64,000 nt of DNA from Gemmatimonadales bacterium (GCA_035280265.1 DATEGE010000143.1:2307-66306); one strand, 5' to 3'; counted from the first letter of the stretch, positions 1 through 9,169 are shown. Program-made: numbers and translations. Notes: a model not told the origin generated them from the letters alone.

Positions 1-935
1 AACATGCCGGTCGGCGCCTGCACGAGGCAGGCGCCACACCCGATGCAGCGTTCCCGTTGCACGCGCACGGTGACGGCGCGTCGCGGATACACCCCCACGT
101 CGCTCGGCGCGGGCCAGTCCTGCGGTCGGTCGAGCGCGGCCTTCGTGGCCCGGTACCCTTCCTCGACCACCTCACGCAAGTGGTCGAACGAAAACGCCGA
201 GATGTGCTCGACCCGCGGGTGGATGTAGAAGACGGGTGGCTTCGTCCACTCGCGGAGCCGCAGCTCGAGCAGCGACTGCATCGCGATTTCGGCGGCGCGT
301 GCGAATATCGCGGCAAAGCCTTCCTCCTGTGTGTCCGCGCGAAACGCGTTCGACGCCGAGACGTCCACCGCGAGGATCAGCTCAGTGCCGAGAATGCGCG
401 CCGTGCCGACGGGGAGATTGTCCAGCGTGGCGCCGTCGGCGTAAAACCGGCCGCGAATCTCGCGCGGCGGCAGGTATCCCGGGAGCGCGCAGGACGCGAA
501 CACCGCGTCGCGCACCGGTAGGTCGTCGAGTCCCTCCAGGCCCCAGAGGACCTGCATCCCGGAGTTGATGTCGACGGTGTTGACGATCAACGGGGTGCGC
601 AGCTCCTGAAACGTCACGTCACCCACGAGGCGCTGGATCAGGAGGTCGAGCGGTTCGCGGCGAAACAGGGCGGGGGAGCGCATCCGCTTGAACGCCATGT
701 CGGCGTGCGCCACCGCGAAGACGTCCTTGCGGCGCAGCGCGATGGCCACGTCGCGCAGCTCGGCGATGCTCCGGCCCGCGGACCACGCGGCCCCCACCAG
801 CGCGCCCACGCTCGACCCGACGACCTGGGCCGGGACGAGGCCGCGCTCGGTGAGCGCCTGGAGCACGCCGATATGGGCGAGGCCCTTCATGCCGCCGCCG
901 CCCAGCACCAGCGTGAATCGCGTTTGGTCGTTCAA
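1..935 (-). CDS. patatin-like phospholipase, 3' end runs off the window; CxxCxxC ferredoxin-like motif at the window edge
   Basis: Own translation of the minus strand: TTG(935) LNDQTRFTLVLGGGGMKGLAHIGVLQAL...VVGSSVGALVG...FYADGATLDNLP. This gives the GGGxKG, GxSxG and DG(A) patatin motifs. The last visible residues are ...RERCIGCGACLVQAP. It is absent from the ORF track because it is truncated by the window edge. An alternative in-frame ATG lies at 1007. Confidence 0.8.
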   Translation of the reverse strand, partial: MNDQTRFTLVLGGGGMKGLAHIGVLQALTERGLVPAQVVGSSVGALVGAAWSAGRSIAELRDVAIALRRKDVFAVAHADMAFKRMRSPALFRREPLDLLIQRLVGDVTFQELRTPLIVNTVDINSGMQVLWGLEGLDDLPVRDAVFASCALPGYLPPREIRGRFYADGATLDNLPVGTARILGTELILAVDVSASNAFRADTQEEGFAAIFARAAEIAMQSLLELRLREWTKPPVFYIHPRVEHISAFSFDHLREVVEEGYRATKAALDRPQDWPAPSDVGVYPRRAVTVRVQRERCIGCGACLVQAPTGM

Positions 936-1005
936 GTGGTTCGCCGCTTGCCCGCGAGGTGAGCGTCCGAGTAACGTAGTCGTGGTCCCCAGCCCAGCGC
1001 TACTC

Positions 1006-1929
1006 ATGCGGCATCGAGTCGTAACCAATCGTTGGACAACGGCGGGTCTCGCTCTCATCGCACTGCTCGGGCTCGCGGCGCTCGCCGCGCCCTGGCTCGC
1101 GCCGGGCGATCCCTACCGCGGTGATCTCGCCGACGCGCTGGTCTCGCCGTCGGCCGCCAATCCGCTGGGCACCGACGCGCAGGGACGCGACGTGCTCTCG
1201 CGAGTGCTGTTCGGGGCCCGGTTGTCGCTCGCCGTCGGCGTCGTGAGTCAGGTGATCGCGCTCGCCGCCGGTCTCGGGCTCGGCCTCGTCGCCGGATTCC
1301 GCGGCCGCTGGATGGATGCGGTGATCATGCGCATCGCCGACGTAACCCTCGCGTTTCCGTCGTTGCTGCTTCTCATCGCCGTGGCTGCGGCGGTGCGTCC
1401 CTCATTGCCGATCGTCTGTCTCGTGATCGGGCTCGTGGGATGGGCGGGAATGGCCCGGCTGGTGCGGGGGCAGGTGCTCGTGGCCCGAGGGCTCGACTAC
1501 GTGCAGGCGGCGCGCGCGCTGGGCGCGTCCGATCCGCGCCTCGTGATCCGGCACGTGTTACCGAACGTCGTGGGACCGGTGATCGTGGCCGCGACGCTCG
1601 GCGTCGGCGGAGCGATCATGGCCGAAGCGGCGCTCTCGTTCGTCGGCCTGGGCGCGCAGCCGCCCACTCCCTCGTGGGGCGCAATGGTCGCCGAGGGGCG
1701 CGACTTGCTGCGTGTCGCCCCCTGGGTGTCGCTGTTTCCGGGCCTCGCCATCGGTCTGACGGTGCTGGGCGTGAACCTCGTGGGCGACGGCCTGCGCGAC
1801 GCGCTCGATGTGAGGGGGGGTATGATGACCGCGTCCGCCGGGCCGAAGCCCGGGCTCGGCGATCGTGCGTCCGTAAGGACGCACTCTGGTGCCGAGCCGG
1901 CCCGTCAGGGCCGGGGAGGGGACCCGTGA
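1006..1929 (+). CDS. ABC transporter permease, oligopeptide/dipeptide DppC/OppC family
   Basis: Frame of ORF 688..1929, with the start moved to ATG 1006 (MRHRVVTNRWTTAGLALIALLGLAALAAPWLAPGDPY). Typical DppC N-terminus and conserved ...YVQAARALGASDPRLVIRHVLPNV... loop. Confidence 0.85.
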   Translation: MRHRVVTNRWTTAGLALIALLGLAALAAPWLAPGDPYRGDLADALVSPSAANPLGTDAQGRDVLSRVLFGARLSLAVGVVSQVIALAAGLGLGLVAGFRGRWMDAVIMRIADVTLAFPSLLLLIAVAAAVRPSLPIVCLVIGLVGWAGMARLVRGQVLVARGLDYVQAARALGASDPRLVIRHVLPNVVGPVIVAATLGVGGAIMAEAALSFVGLGAQPPTPSWGAMVAEGRDLLRVAPWVSLFPGLAIGLTVLGVNLVGDGLRDALDVRGGMMTASAGPKPGLGDRASVRTHSGAEPARQGRGGDP

Positions 1930-3113
1930 CCGATATCGCGTACCACCCCACCCGCCTCCGCGCGCTGCGCGACCAGTTCCGCGCGCTCCGGGCCGCCGAG
2001 TTCCCCTGGACCGCCGACACCGTCTACCTCAACAATGCCTCCATCGGTCCGATCCCCGAGCGCACACGTCGGGCCCTGGACGAATTCACTGCGAAGCGCA
2101 CCGCGCCGCATCTGCTACCTGACCGCGAGCTGCAGGCCGGCCTGCAGGCGGCCCGCGCCGCCGTGGCGGCATTGCTGAATGCCGAGCCGGCGGAGATCGC
2201 CCTCGCCACCAATACCAGCCACGGCTTGACCCTCGCCGCGCGCGCCCTGCCGCTCACGCGGGGCGACGTCGTGCTCGTCTCCGACCGCGAGTTCCCCGCG
2301 AACGTCTATCCCTGGCTGCTGCTGCGGAAGCAAGGCGTCGAGGTCGAGCTCGCGCCGTGCGTGCCCGAGGGCTGGCCGGACGAGGATTATCTCGTGGAAC
2401 GGCTGCACGACCCGCGCGTGCGGGTGCTGGCAGTGTCGTTCGTGCAGTTCTCGAACGGCTTCCGGGCCGATCTCGCGCGGCTGGGCGCGGCGTGCCGGGC
2501 CAACGGCACGTTCCTCGTGGTGGACGGGATCCAAGGCGTCGGCAACTCGGTGCTCGACCTGCGGGAAACCGCGGTCGACATCCTGGCGTGCGGCGGGCAG
2601 AAGTGGCTGCTGTCACCGTGGGGATCGGGGTTCATGTACGTGCGGCGCGAGCTGATTTCGGCGCTCGAGCCCGCGGTGACCGGTTGGATGGCGTTCGAGG
2701 GCACCGACGATTTCTCGCGGCTCACCGAGTACAACCCCACTTTCCGCCCCGACGCTCGTCGCTTCGAGATGGTGACGCTGCCGTTTCAGGATTTCTATGG
2801 CATGACCGCGTCGGTGGGCATGCTCACCGAGCTGGGCACAGACGACATCGCACAATACACGCGGACGCTGCACGAGCCGATGTTCCGGTGGGCCGACGAG
2901 AACGGCACTCGCGTCGCCTCGCCGCGTGAAGAGGCGCACCGCTCCGCAATCGTGTGTCTCGCGCCGACGCACCCGGCGGAAGCGTACCACGCGCTGAAGC
3001 GGGCGCACGTCGTCTGCTCGCTGCGCGAGGGCGCGATCCGCTTCGCGCCGCACTGCTACAATACGGTCGAAGAGATGGAGCGGGTGCTGGATGTGCTGGA
3101 TCAGCTAGAGTAG
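1926..3113 (+). CDS. class V aminotransferase / cysteine desulfurase-like PLP enzyme
   Basis: GTG 1926 overlaps the permease stop (GTGA). Motifs: VYLNNASIGP, VVDGIQGVG, ACGGQKWLLSPWGSGFMY (PLP-lysine context). Frame of ORF 1440..3113. Confidence 0.8.
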   Translation: MTDIAYHPTRLRALRDQFRALRAAEFPWTADTVYLNNASIGPIPERTRRALDEFTAKRTAPHLLPDRELQAGLQAARAAVAALLNAEPAEIALATNTSHGLTLAARALPLTRGDVVLVSDREFPANVYPWLLLRKQGVEVELAPCVPEGWPDEDYLVERLHDPRVRVLAVSFVQFSNGFRADLARLGAACRANGTFLVVDGIQGVGNSVLDLRETAVDILACGGQKWLLSPWGSGFMYVRRELISALEPAVTGWMAFEGTDDFSRLTEYNPTFRPDARRFEMVTLPFQDFYGMTASVGMLTELGTDDIAQYTRTLHEPMFRWADENGTRVASPREEAHRSAIVCLAPTHPAEAYHALKRAHVVCSLREGAIRFAPHCYNTVEEMERVLDVLDQLE

Positions 3114-3114
3114 G

Positions 3115-3197
3115 GCGTCATACGTTGCACGTCACACGTCCCACGAACGCTCAGCGCCTTCCGTGTGACATGCGACGTGCGATTTGTGACGTGCGTG
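3115..3197. repeat. inverted array of heptamer words (GTSNCAC / GTGNSAC) forming a hairpin between convergent genes
   Basis: 5' arm GCGTCATACGTTGCACGTCACACGTCCCACG, 3' arm CGTGTGACATGCGACGTGCGATTTGTGACGTGCGTG. Perfect 10-bp pairing GCACGTCACA (3127..3136) with TGTGACGTGC (3185..3194). Confidence 0.7.
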
Positions 3198-3209
3198 TAA
3201 GGAGAGGCG

Positions 3210-3863
3210 TCACGCCACGCGGTCCCGATGTCGATCGCCCCACGCCGCCCACCACACGAACAGCCAGCCGAACAGCAGTCCCCCGATCCCCAATGCCGTC
3301 GGCGTGGGCGGCGGCGGGCTGAACAGCGACGCCCCGTACGAGAGGATGAGGAACGCCATCAGCGCCCCGAGGCCATAGCGGCCCACGGCATCGCGCGCCC
3401 GCGTGGCTCTGAGGTAAATCCACAGGCCCGCGCCGAACATCGCCACTTCCACGAGCACCGTTCCCGCGACCGAGGTCCAGAGGCCGAGCCCCACCCGAGG
3501 GCCACCGGGGTAGAGCGGCATATCCGGGACGTGCGTGACGAAGTCGAGCACCCAATGGCTCACCACGAGCGCCGCAACGATCAATGCGGCGCGGGCGGAG
3601 CCGGTGCGCGCGCGGTACAGGAGCGCGAACAAGGCCGCCCACGCGAGCAGTGCCAGCAGACTGTGTGAGATGGGATACGAATCGAACGTCAGGTTGAGGA
3701 ATGGATTGAACCCGCCGGTGATGCGCACGCGCTCCCATCCCATCAAGACGAAGACAGGCCAGAGCAGGTCGGCCAGCGAGGCGGCGGCGAACAGCGTGCC
3801 GAGTGAGGTCTGCGGGGCGGCGCGCTTGGCGGCGAGCGCGACGGCGTAGTGGCCGATGAACAT
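3210..3863 (-). CDS. polytopic membrane protein, DUF457/YdjM-like membrane-bound metal-dependent hydrolase
   Basis: 217-aa ORF MFIGHYAVALAA...ISHSLLALL...VVSHWVLDFVTHVPD with several hydrophobic spans. The start lies 2 nt after the tyrS stop. Confidence 0.5.
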   Translation of the reverse strand: MFIGHYAVALAAKRAAPQTSLGTLFAAASLADLLWPVFVLMGWERVRITGGFNPFLNLTFDSYPISHSLLALLAWAALFALLYRARTGSARAALIVAALVVSHWVLDFVTHVPDMPLYPGGPRVGLGLWTSVAGTVLVEVAMFGAGLWIYLRATRARDAVGRYGLGALMAFLILSYGASLFSPPPPTPTALGIGGLLFGWLFVWWAAWGDRHRDRVA

Positions 3864-3864
3864 G

Positions 3865-5133
3865 TCAGCGCACTGCCGCCACGCGCAGCAGGGCGTAATC
3901 CTTCTTCCCCTTGCGCAGCAGCACGTTCCGGTCGGCGAGCCAGTCGCCCGGCTCGATCCGCTTATCGACCTCCTTCACGCGCTGTTGGTTGAGGTAGATG
4001 CCCCCTTGCTCGATCGAGCGCCGCGCCTCGCTCTTCGACTGCGCCAGGCCCACCCGCACCACCGCGTCGACGAGCGTGAGCGTGTCCCTGCTCGACACCG
4101 CCGTGGTCGGGATTTCGCGGGCGAGCGTGTCGAACACGCCGCCATCGGCGGCGTGCGGATCGAAGTCGCCGAACAGCACCTCTGCGGCGACGCCGGCGGC
4201 GCGCGCGGCATCGCCGTGCACCAGCTGCGTCACGCTCAGCGCCAGCCGCCTCTGCGCCTCGCGCCGGCCGGGATCCTTGTGGTGGGACCGGATCAGCGCC
4301 TTGATCTCGTCCTCGGTCAGGTCGCTGAAAAGCTTGAGCTGTTGCTCCACGTCGCGATCGTCGGTGTTCACCCAGAATTGGTACAGCTGGTATGGGGACG
4401 TGAGCGCGGCGTCGAGCCACACGGCGCCCGACGCGGTCTTCCCAAACTTCGCGCCCGCCGCGGTGGTGAACAGCGGGGCGACGAGCCCGTGCGCCTCGCC
4501 CGCCGCCACCCGGCGGATCAGGTCGATGCCCGCGGTGATGTTGCCCCATTGATCGCTGCCGCCCACCTGGATCGTGCACTCCTGGGTGCGGAACAGGTGC
4601 AGGAAGTCGTAGGCTTGCAGCAACATGTAGCTGAATTCGGTGTACGAGATGCCGCTGTCGAGTCGTGCCTTCACCGACTCCTTCTGCATCATGACGTTCA
4701 CGCTGAAGTGCTTGCCGATGTCGCGCAGGAAGTCGACGAGGCGCTGCTCCACGAGCCAGTCGGCGTTGTTGAGCACGAGGACGCGCGTGTCCTTCGAGTC
4801 GAAGTCGAACAGCCGTCCCAGCTGATCGCGCTGGCGGTGCACATTCTGACGGATCTCGTCCTTCGAGAGCAGGGCGCGCTCGGTCTGCTTGCCGCTGGGG
4901 TCGCCGATCAGCCCCGTGCCACCGCCCATCAGGACGATCGGGCGGTGACCGTGGAGCTGGAACCGTCGCAGCAGCATCAGCGGCATCAGGTTTCCGACCT
5001 GGAAGCTGGGGGCCGTGGGATCGAAGCCGCAGTACACCGTTCGACGCTCGGTGAGATGGCGCTCGATCTGCTGCGTCGCCTGTGAGAGCAAGCCGCGCCA
5101 CTTGAGCTCGGCGAAGAGGGCTGACATGGACAT
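3865..5133 (-). CDS. tyrS: tyrosine--tRNA ligase
   Basis: MSMSALFAELKWRGLLSQAT...VYCGFDPTAPSFQVGNL...AGAKFGKTASG (KMSKS-type loop), with a C-terminal S4-like domain. Start set to ATG 5133 inside ORF 3865..5235. Confidence 0.95.
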   Translation of the reverse strand: MSMSALFAELKWRGLLSQATQQIERHLTERRTVYCGFDPTAPSFQVGNLMPLMLLRRFQLHGHRPIVLMGGGTGLIGDPSGKQTERALLSKDEIRQNVHRQRDQLGRLFDFDSKDTRVLVLNNADWLVEQRLVDFLRDIGKHFSVNVMMQKESVKARLDSGISYTEFSYMLLQAYDFLHLFRTQECTIQVGGSDQWGNITAGIDLIRRVAAGEAHGLVAPLFTTAAGAKFGKTASGAVWLDAALTSPYQLYQFWVNTDDRDVEQQLKLFSDLTEDEIKALIRSHHKDPGRREAQRRLALSVTQLVHGDAARAAGVAAEVLFGDFDPHAADGGVFDTLAREIPTTAVSSRDTLTLVDAVVRVGLAQSKSEARRSIEQGGIYLNQQRVKEVDKRIEPGDWLADRNVLLRKGKKDYALLRVAAVR

Positions 5134-5201
5134 GGCGCGGAATCGTACGGGAACCCACAACCGCTGGCAAGCGCCGCGCGGCCTCACTAGGTTGTAACGC
5201 G

Positions 5202-7388
5202 ATGGCATCCATCCCCGCGCCTCCCCCGTCCGCACCGCCCGTGGCGCTTCCCGGGCTACGCGGCTGGTGGCAGGACCCCACGCACCGCCGCCACACCATC
5301 GCCGTCGCGGTGCTGGCCTGCGCGTACGGCCTGGGGCTGTCGTACGGCGCTTGGACCCGTGTCTGCGCCGGCGAGCACTGCCCCAGCATCTCGCGCCTGT
5401 ACGCCAGCGGGAGCGGCGGCGGCGTGCAGGTGCAGACGTCCAAGGTGTTCGCCGCCGATGGCCGGCTGATCAGCGAGCTGGGCGCCGAGCGCCGCACCGT
5501 GCTGCCGCTCGCCGAGATTCCCCTCGCGGTGCGTCAGGCGTTCATCGCAACCGAGGACAAGCGCTTTTACGACCATCACGGCATCGACTACTGGCGCATC
5601 CTCGGCGCGATCAAGAACGACCTGCTGACGCTGAGCTTCGCGCAGGGCTTCTCGACCATCACGATGCAGTTGGCGCGCAACATCTTCCCGGAGGAGATCA
5701 GTCGTGAAAAGACGCTCACGCGCAAGCTGAAGGAAGCGCGTGTCGCCGCGGAGATCGAGCACAATTTTCCCAAGGACACGATCCTTCAGCTGTACCTGAA
5801 CCAGATCAACCTCGGCGCCGGCGCCCACGGCGTTGAGGCGGCGGCCCAGATCTACTTCGGCAAGCACGCGCAACAGTTGAACGTGGCGGAGGCTGCGACC
5901 CTCGCCGCGCTTCCCAAGCTGCCGGCGTTCTATAACCCGCGCACCCACCCGGAGCGCGCCGTCCGGCGCCGCAACGTGGTGCTCGGGTTGATGCACGAGC
6001 AGGGGTTCGTCACCGCCGAAGAAGCCGAGCTGTGGAAGGCCTACCCGCTCGTCCTCACGGGCAACCGCACGAACTACGGTGACGTCGCGCCGTACTTCGT
6101 CGAGTGGCTGCGGGTACAGCTGGACGCGCGCTTCGGACGCGATCTCTACGAAGGCGGGCTGCGCATCTATACCACGCTCGACCTCGACATGCAGGAGGCG
6201 GCGGAGCGGGCGCTGCAGTCACAGCTCGACGCCATCGAGGCCGGCGTGTACTCGAACGGCAAGTTCCCGGGGCGGACCACCTACCGCGAGTACATCGAGT
6301 CGGGGAAGGGACTGGGGGAGGACCACCCCTTCACCAACTATCTGCAGGGGGCGCTAGTAGCGCTGGACGCGAGCACGGGATACATCCGCGCGATGATCGG
6401 CGGCCGCGACTTCGACGATTCCAAGTACAACCGCGCCACCCAGGCGATGCGCCAGCCCGGGTCCACCTTCAAGCCGTTCGTCTACTCGGCCGCCGTGCGG
6501 GCCGGTCACCCGGTCACCGAGATTCTCGACGACTCGCCCCTCAACCCGCCGGTGATCCAGCTCGATTCGACGCTGTGGCAGCCCAAGGATGACGACGACA
6601 CTACCCTCGGGCTGATCCCGATGCGCGAGGGACTGTACCTGTCGCGCAACCTCGCGACCATCAAGCTCGGCATGGCGCTGGGGGAGCAGACGGTGATCGG
6701 CGAGGCGCGCCGCTACGGCATTACGACGCCCCTGCCGCCCTATCCGTCGATCCACATCGGTGCGCGCAGTGTGCGGCCTATCGAAATCATCGCGGCGTAC
6801 ACGTCGTTCGCCACGCTCGGCACGCGGGCGGAGCCCGTCGGCATCCTGCGCGTGGAAGACCGTCAAGGCAACATCCTGTGGCAACCCGCGATTCGGCGTG
6901 AGCCGGTGATGGATCCGGAGCACACCTGGCTCATGGTGGACATGATGAAGGATGTGATCCGGCACGGCACGGCATTCACCGCGGTGTGGAAGGCGGGCTT
7001 CACCCTCCCTGCGGCCGGGAAGACCGGTACCACCGACGACTACACCGACGCGTGGTTCATCGGCTACACGCCGGAGCTCGTCGCGGGGGCGTGGGTGGGG
7101 TATGACATCCCGCAGCGCATCCTCGATCACAACGCGGGCGGCGGCAGGATCGTCGCGCCCGCGTGGACGGCGTTCATGCGCGACGTATACGACCGCCGGC
7201 CCGCCCCGGCCGACTGGGTCCGCCCCGACTCGCTCATCACGCGGGAGGTCGACTGGTCGAACGGCTACCTCGCCACGCCGTTCTGCCCGCAGGCGGTGCG
7301 GCACTGGGACTGGTTCTATCCGGGCACCGAGCCATCGCAGGCCTGTCCCGTGCACACACCGTTCGGCGGCATCGGAGTGTCGCCGTGA
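5202..7388 (+). CDS. mrcA: class A penicillin-binding protein (transglycosylase/transpeptidase, PBP1A type)
   Basis: GT51 motifs RQAFIATEDKRFYDHHGID and ITMQLARN. Transpeptidase motifs QPGSTFKPFVY (SxxK) and AAGKTGTTDD (KTG). N-terminal TM segment. Confidence 0.93.
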   Translation: MASIPAPPPSAPPVALPGLRGWWQDPTHRRHTIAVAVLACAYGLGLSYGAWTRVCAGEHCPSISRLYASGSGGGVQVQTSKVFAADGRLISELGAERRTVLPLAEIPLAVRQAFIATEDKRFYDHHGIDYWRILGAIKNDLLTLSFAQGFSTITMQLARNIFPEEISREKTLTRKLKEARVAAEIEHNFPKDTILQLYLNQINLGAGAHGVEAAAQIYFGKHAQQLNVAEAATLAALPKLPAFYNPRTHPERAVRRRNVVLGLMHEQGFVTAEEAELWKAYPLVLTGNRTNYGDVAPYFVEWLRVQLDARFGRDLYEGGLRIYTTLDLDMQEAAERALQSQLDAIEAGVYSNGKFPGRTTYREYIESGKGLGEDHPFTNYLQGALVALDASTGYIRAMIGGRDFDDSKYNRATQAMRQPGSTFKPFVYSAAVRAGHPVTEILDDSPLNPPVIQLDSTLWQPKDDDDTTLGLIPMREGLYLSRNLATIKLGMALGEQTVIGEARRYGITTPLPPYPSIHIGARSVRPIEIIAAYTSFATLGTRAEPVGILRVEDRQGNILWQPAIRREPVMDPEHTWLMVDMMKDVIRHGTAFTAVWKAGFTLPAAGKTGTTDDYTDAWFIGYTPELVAGAWVGYDIPQRILDHNAGGGRIVAPAWTAFMRDVYDRRPAPADWVRPDSLITREVDWSNGYLATPFCPQAVRHWDWFYPGTEPSQACPVHTPFGGIGVSP

Positions 7389-7394
7389 GGGACG

Positions 7395-7485
7395 GGGGAC
7401 TAGGGACTAGGGACCGGGGGCTAGGGACTGGGCTAGGACTGGGTTTCCAAGACCCCTAGCCCCCGGTCCCTAGTCCCCAGTCCCC
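7395..7485. repeat. hairpin built from tandem GGGACTAG-like octamers and their complement
   Basis: 20-bp perfect core CTAGGGACCGGGGGCTAGGG (7407..7426) pairs with CCCTAGCCCCCGGTCCCTAG (7454..7473). It fills the spacer between the PBP stop (7388) and ATG 7487. Confidence 0.9.
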
Positions 7486-7486
7486 G

Positions 7487-8683
7487 ATGCTCCGCATCCG
7501 CGCCCGCTCCGTACACCCCGTCACGGCGCCGCCCATCGAGGACGGCGCCGTTCTCATTGACGAGCGCGGGGTCATCGCCGCGCTGGGCTCCAATGGGAAC
7601 GTTCCCAGGCCCACGGACGCGCGGGCGCTCGATTTTCCCGACGCGGTCCTGATGCCCGGTCTCGTCAACACGCACACGCACCTCGAGCTCACTCATCTCG
7701 CCGGCAAGGACGACGAGCGCGACTTCGCCAAGTGGATTCGGACGCTGCGCGCCCTCAAGGACGCGACGACGCCCGACGAGTTCGCGCACGCGGCAGAGCA
7801 GGGAGTGCGAGATGCGTGGGCCGCCGGAGTCACGTGCGTCGCGGACACGGGAAGCACCGGAGCCCCCATCGAGGCGCTCGCCCGGCTCGGCGGCCGAGGC
7901 ATCTATTACCAAGAGGTGTTCGGCCCCGACCCCGCGAAATGCGGCGCCAGTATGGGTGAGCTCGAGCAGGCCGTGCGTCGGCTCAGACCATACTCATGCG
8001 CACGCGTGCGCTTCGGTCTATCGCCGCACGCGCCGTACACCGTGAGCGAGCCGCTGTACCGCGCCGTGGCCGACTACGCCGGGCGAGAGGCGTTGCCGGT
8101 CGCGGTGCATCTCGCGGAGTCACGCGAGGAAACCCAGCTCGTGCACGACGGTACGGGGCCGTTCGCCGACGCGCTGCGCGCCCGGGGCATCTCAGTGGCG
8201 GCGCACAACTGCTCACCGGTCCAGTATCTCTTGCGACTTTGCGACGTGGAACGTGCGACGCCGTTGCTTTGCATCCACTGCGTGCAGGTGGACCGGAACG
8301 ACGTCGAGCTACTGAAGCGGGCCGGCGTGAGCGTAGCCCACTGTCCCCGCTCGAACCACGTGCACCAGCACGGCGCGGCCCCCCTGGCGGCCTTTCGGGC
8401 GGCTGGGCTCGCGGTCGGCCTGGGCACCGATTCAATGGTGAGCGTCGGCGATATCAGTCTATGGGCGGAGGCCACAGCGGCGGGGCTCGTGGGAGAGGAC
8501 GCGTTGCGAATGCTGACGCTCGAAGGCGCGCGAGCGTTGGGATTGGAGGGCGAGATCGGCTCTCTGGAGGTCGGGAAACAGGCGGACCTGGCGGTGTTTG
8601 ATCGCTTTCCGTCCGACCGTCCGGCCGTCCGACCGTCCGACGCTCTTCTCACTGTCGTCGCCGGCCGGGTGGTTCACGGCTAG
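7487..8683 (+). CDS. amidohydrolase superfamily protein (nucleobase/aminofutalosine/MTA deaminase-like)
   Basis: Metal-ligand pattern VNTHTHLELT (HxH), AVHLAES, IHCVQV, GLGTDS. 398 aa. Confidence 0.8.
   Translation: MLRIRARSVHPVTAPPIEDGAVLIDERGVIAALGSNGNVPRPTDARALDFPDAVLMPGLVNTHTHLELTHLAGKDDERDFAKWIRTLRALKDATTPDEFAHAAEQGVRDAWAAGVTCVADTGSTGAPIEALARLGGRGIYYQEVFGPDPAKCGASMGELEQAVRRLRPYSCARVRFGLSPHAPYTVSEPLYRAVADYAGREALPVAVHLAESREETQLVHDGTGPFADALRARGISVAAHNCSPVQYLLRLCDVERATPLLCIHCVQVDRNDVELLKRAGVSVAHCPRSNHVHQHGAAPLAAFRAAGLAVGLGTDSMVSVGDISLWAEATAAGLVGEDALRMLTLEGARALGLEGEIGSLEVGKQADLAVFDRFPSDRPAVRPSDALLTVVAGRVVHG
8611..8642. repeat. four tandem GTCCGACN octamers inside the amidohydrolase CDS
   Basis: GTCCGACC GTCCGGCC GTCCGACC GTCCGACG, translated in frame as ...FPSDRPAVRPSDALL. 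Confidence 0.9.
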
Positions 8684-8694
8684 ATTCTGGCCCC

Positions 8695-9153
8695 ATGAAG
8701 ACCCAGCGGCACGCCGCCATCTTGAAGATCGTTCGTTCCGCGACGGTGGCGAGTCAGGAGCGGCTGCGCGAGCTTCTGACAGCCGAGGGCTTCGACGTGA
8801 CGCAGGCGACGCTGTCGCGCGACATCCGCGAGTTGGGGCTCGCCAAGGTCGCGGCGCCGGACGGCGCGTCGCATTACGCGCCGCCTCTCGAGACCGGCAC
8901 CGCCATCCGCCCCCACCTCGAGCAGCTCCTGCCCACGCTGCTCGTTTCAGTCGAGGGCGTGGGACCACTGCTCGTGATGAAGACCCCCGCGGGGAGCGCG
9001 CAGGCGCTGGGGCTCGCGCTCGATGCGGCTGGCTGGAACGAAATCATCGGTACCATCGCGGGCGACGACGCCGTGCTCGTCATCACCAGGAGCGAGCGCG
9101 CCCGCCGCGCCGTGCATACTCGCCTGAAGGAGCTCGCCGGACTTCCGGCCTGA
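8695..9153 (+). CDS. argR: arginine repressor
   Basis: MKTQRHAAILKIVRSATVASQERLRELLTAEGFDVTQATLSRDIRELGLAKV (winged helix), plus C-terminal oligomerisation domain ...IGTIAGDDAVLVI. Confidence 0.93.
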   Translation: MKTQRHAAILKIVRSATVASQERLRELLTAEGFDVTQATLSRDIRELGLAKVAAPDGASHYAPPLETGTAIRPHLEQLLPTLLVSVEGVGPLLVMKTPAGSAQALGLALDAAGWNEIIGTIAGDDAVLVITRSERARRAVHTRLKELAGLPA

Positions 9154-9169
9154 CACCAAGGAGATCTCC

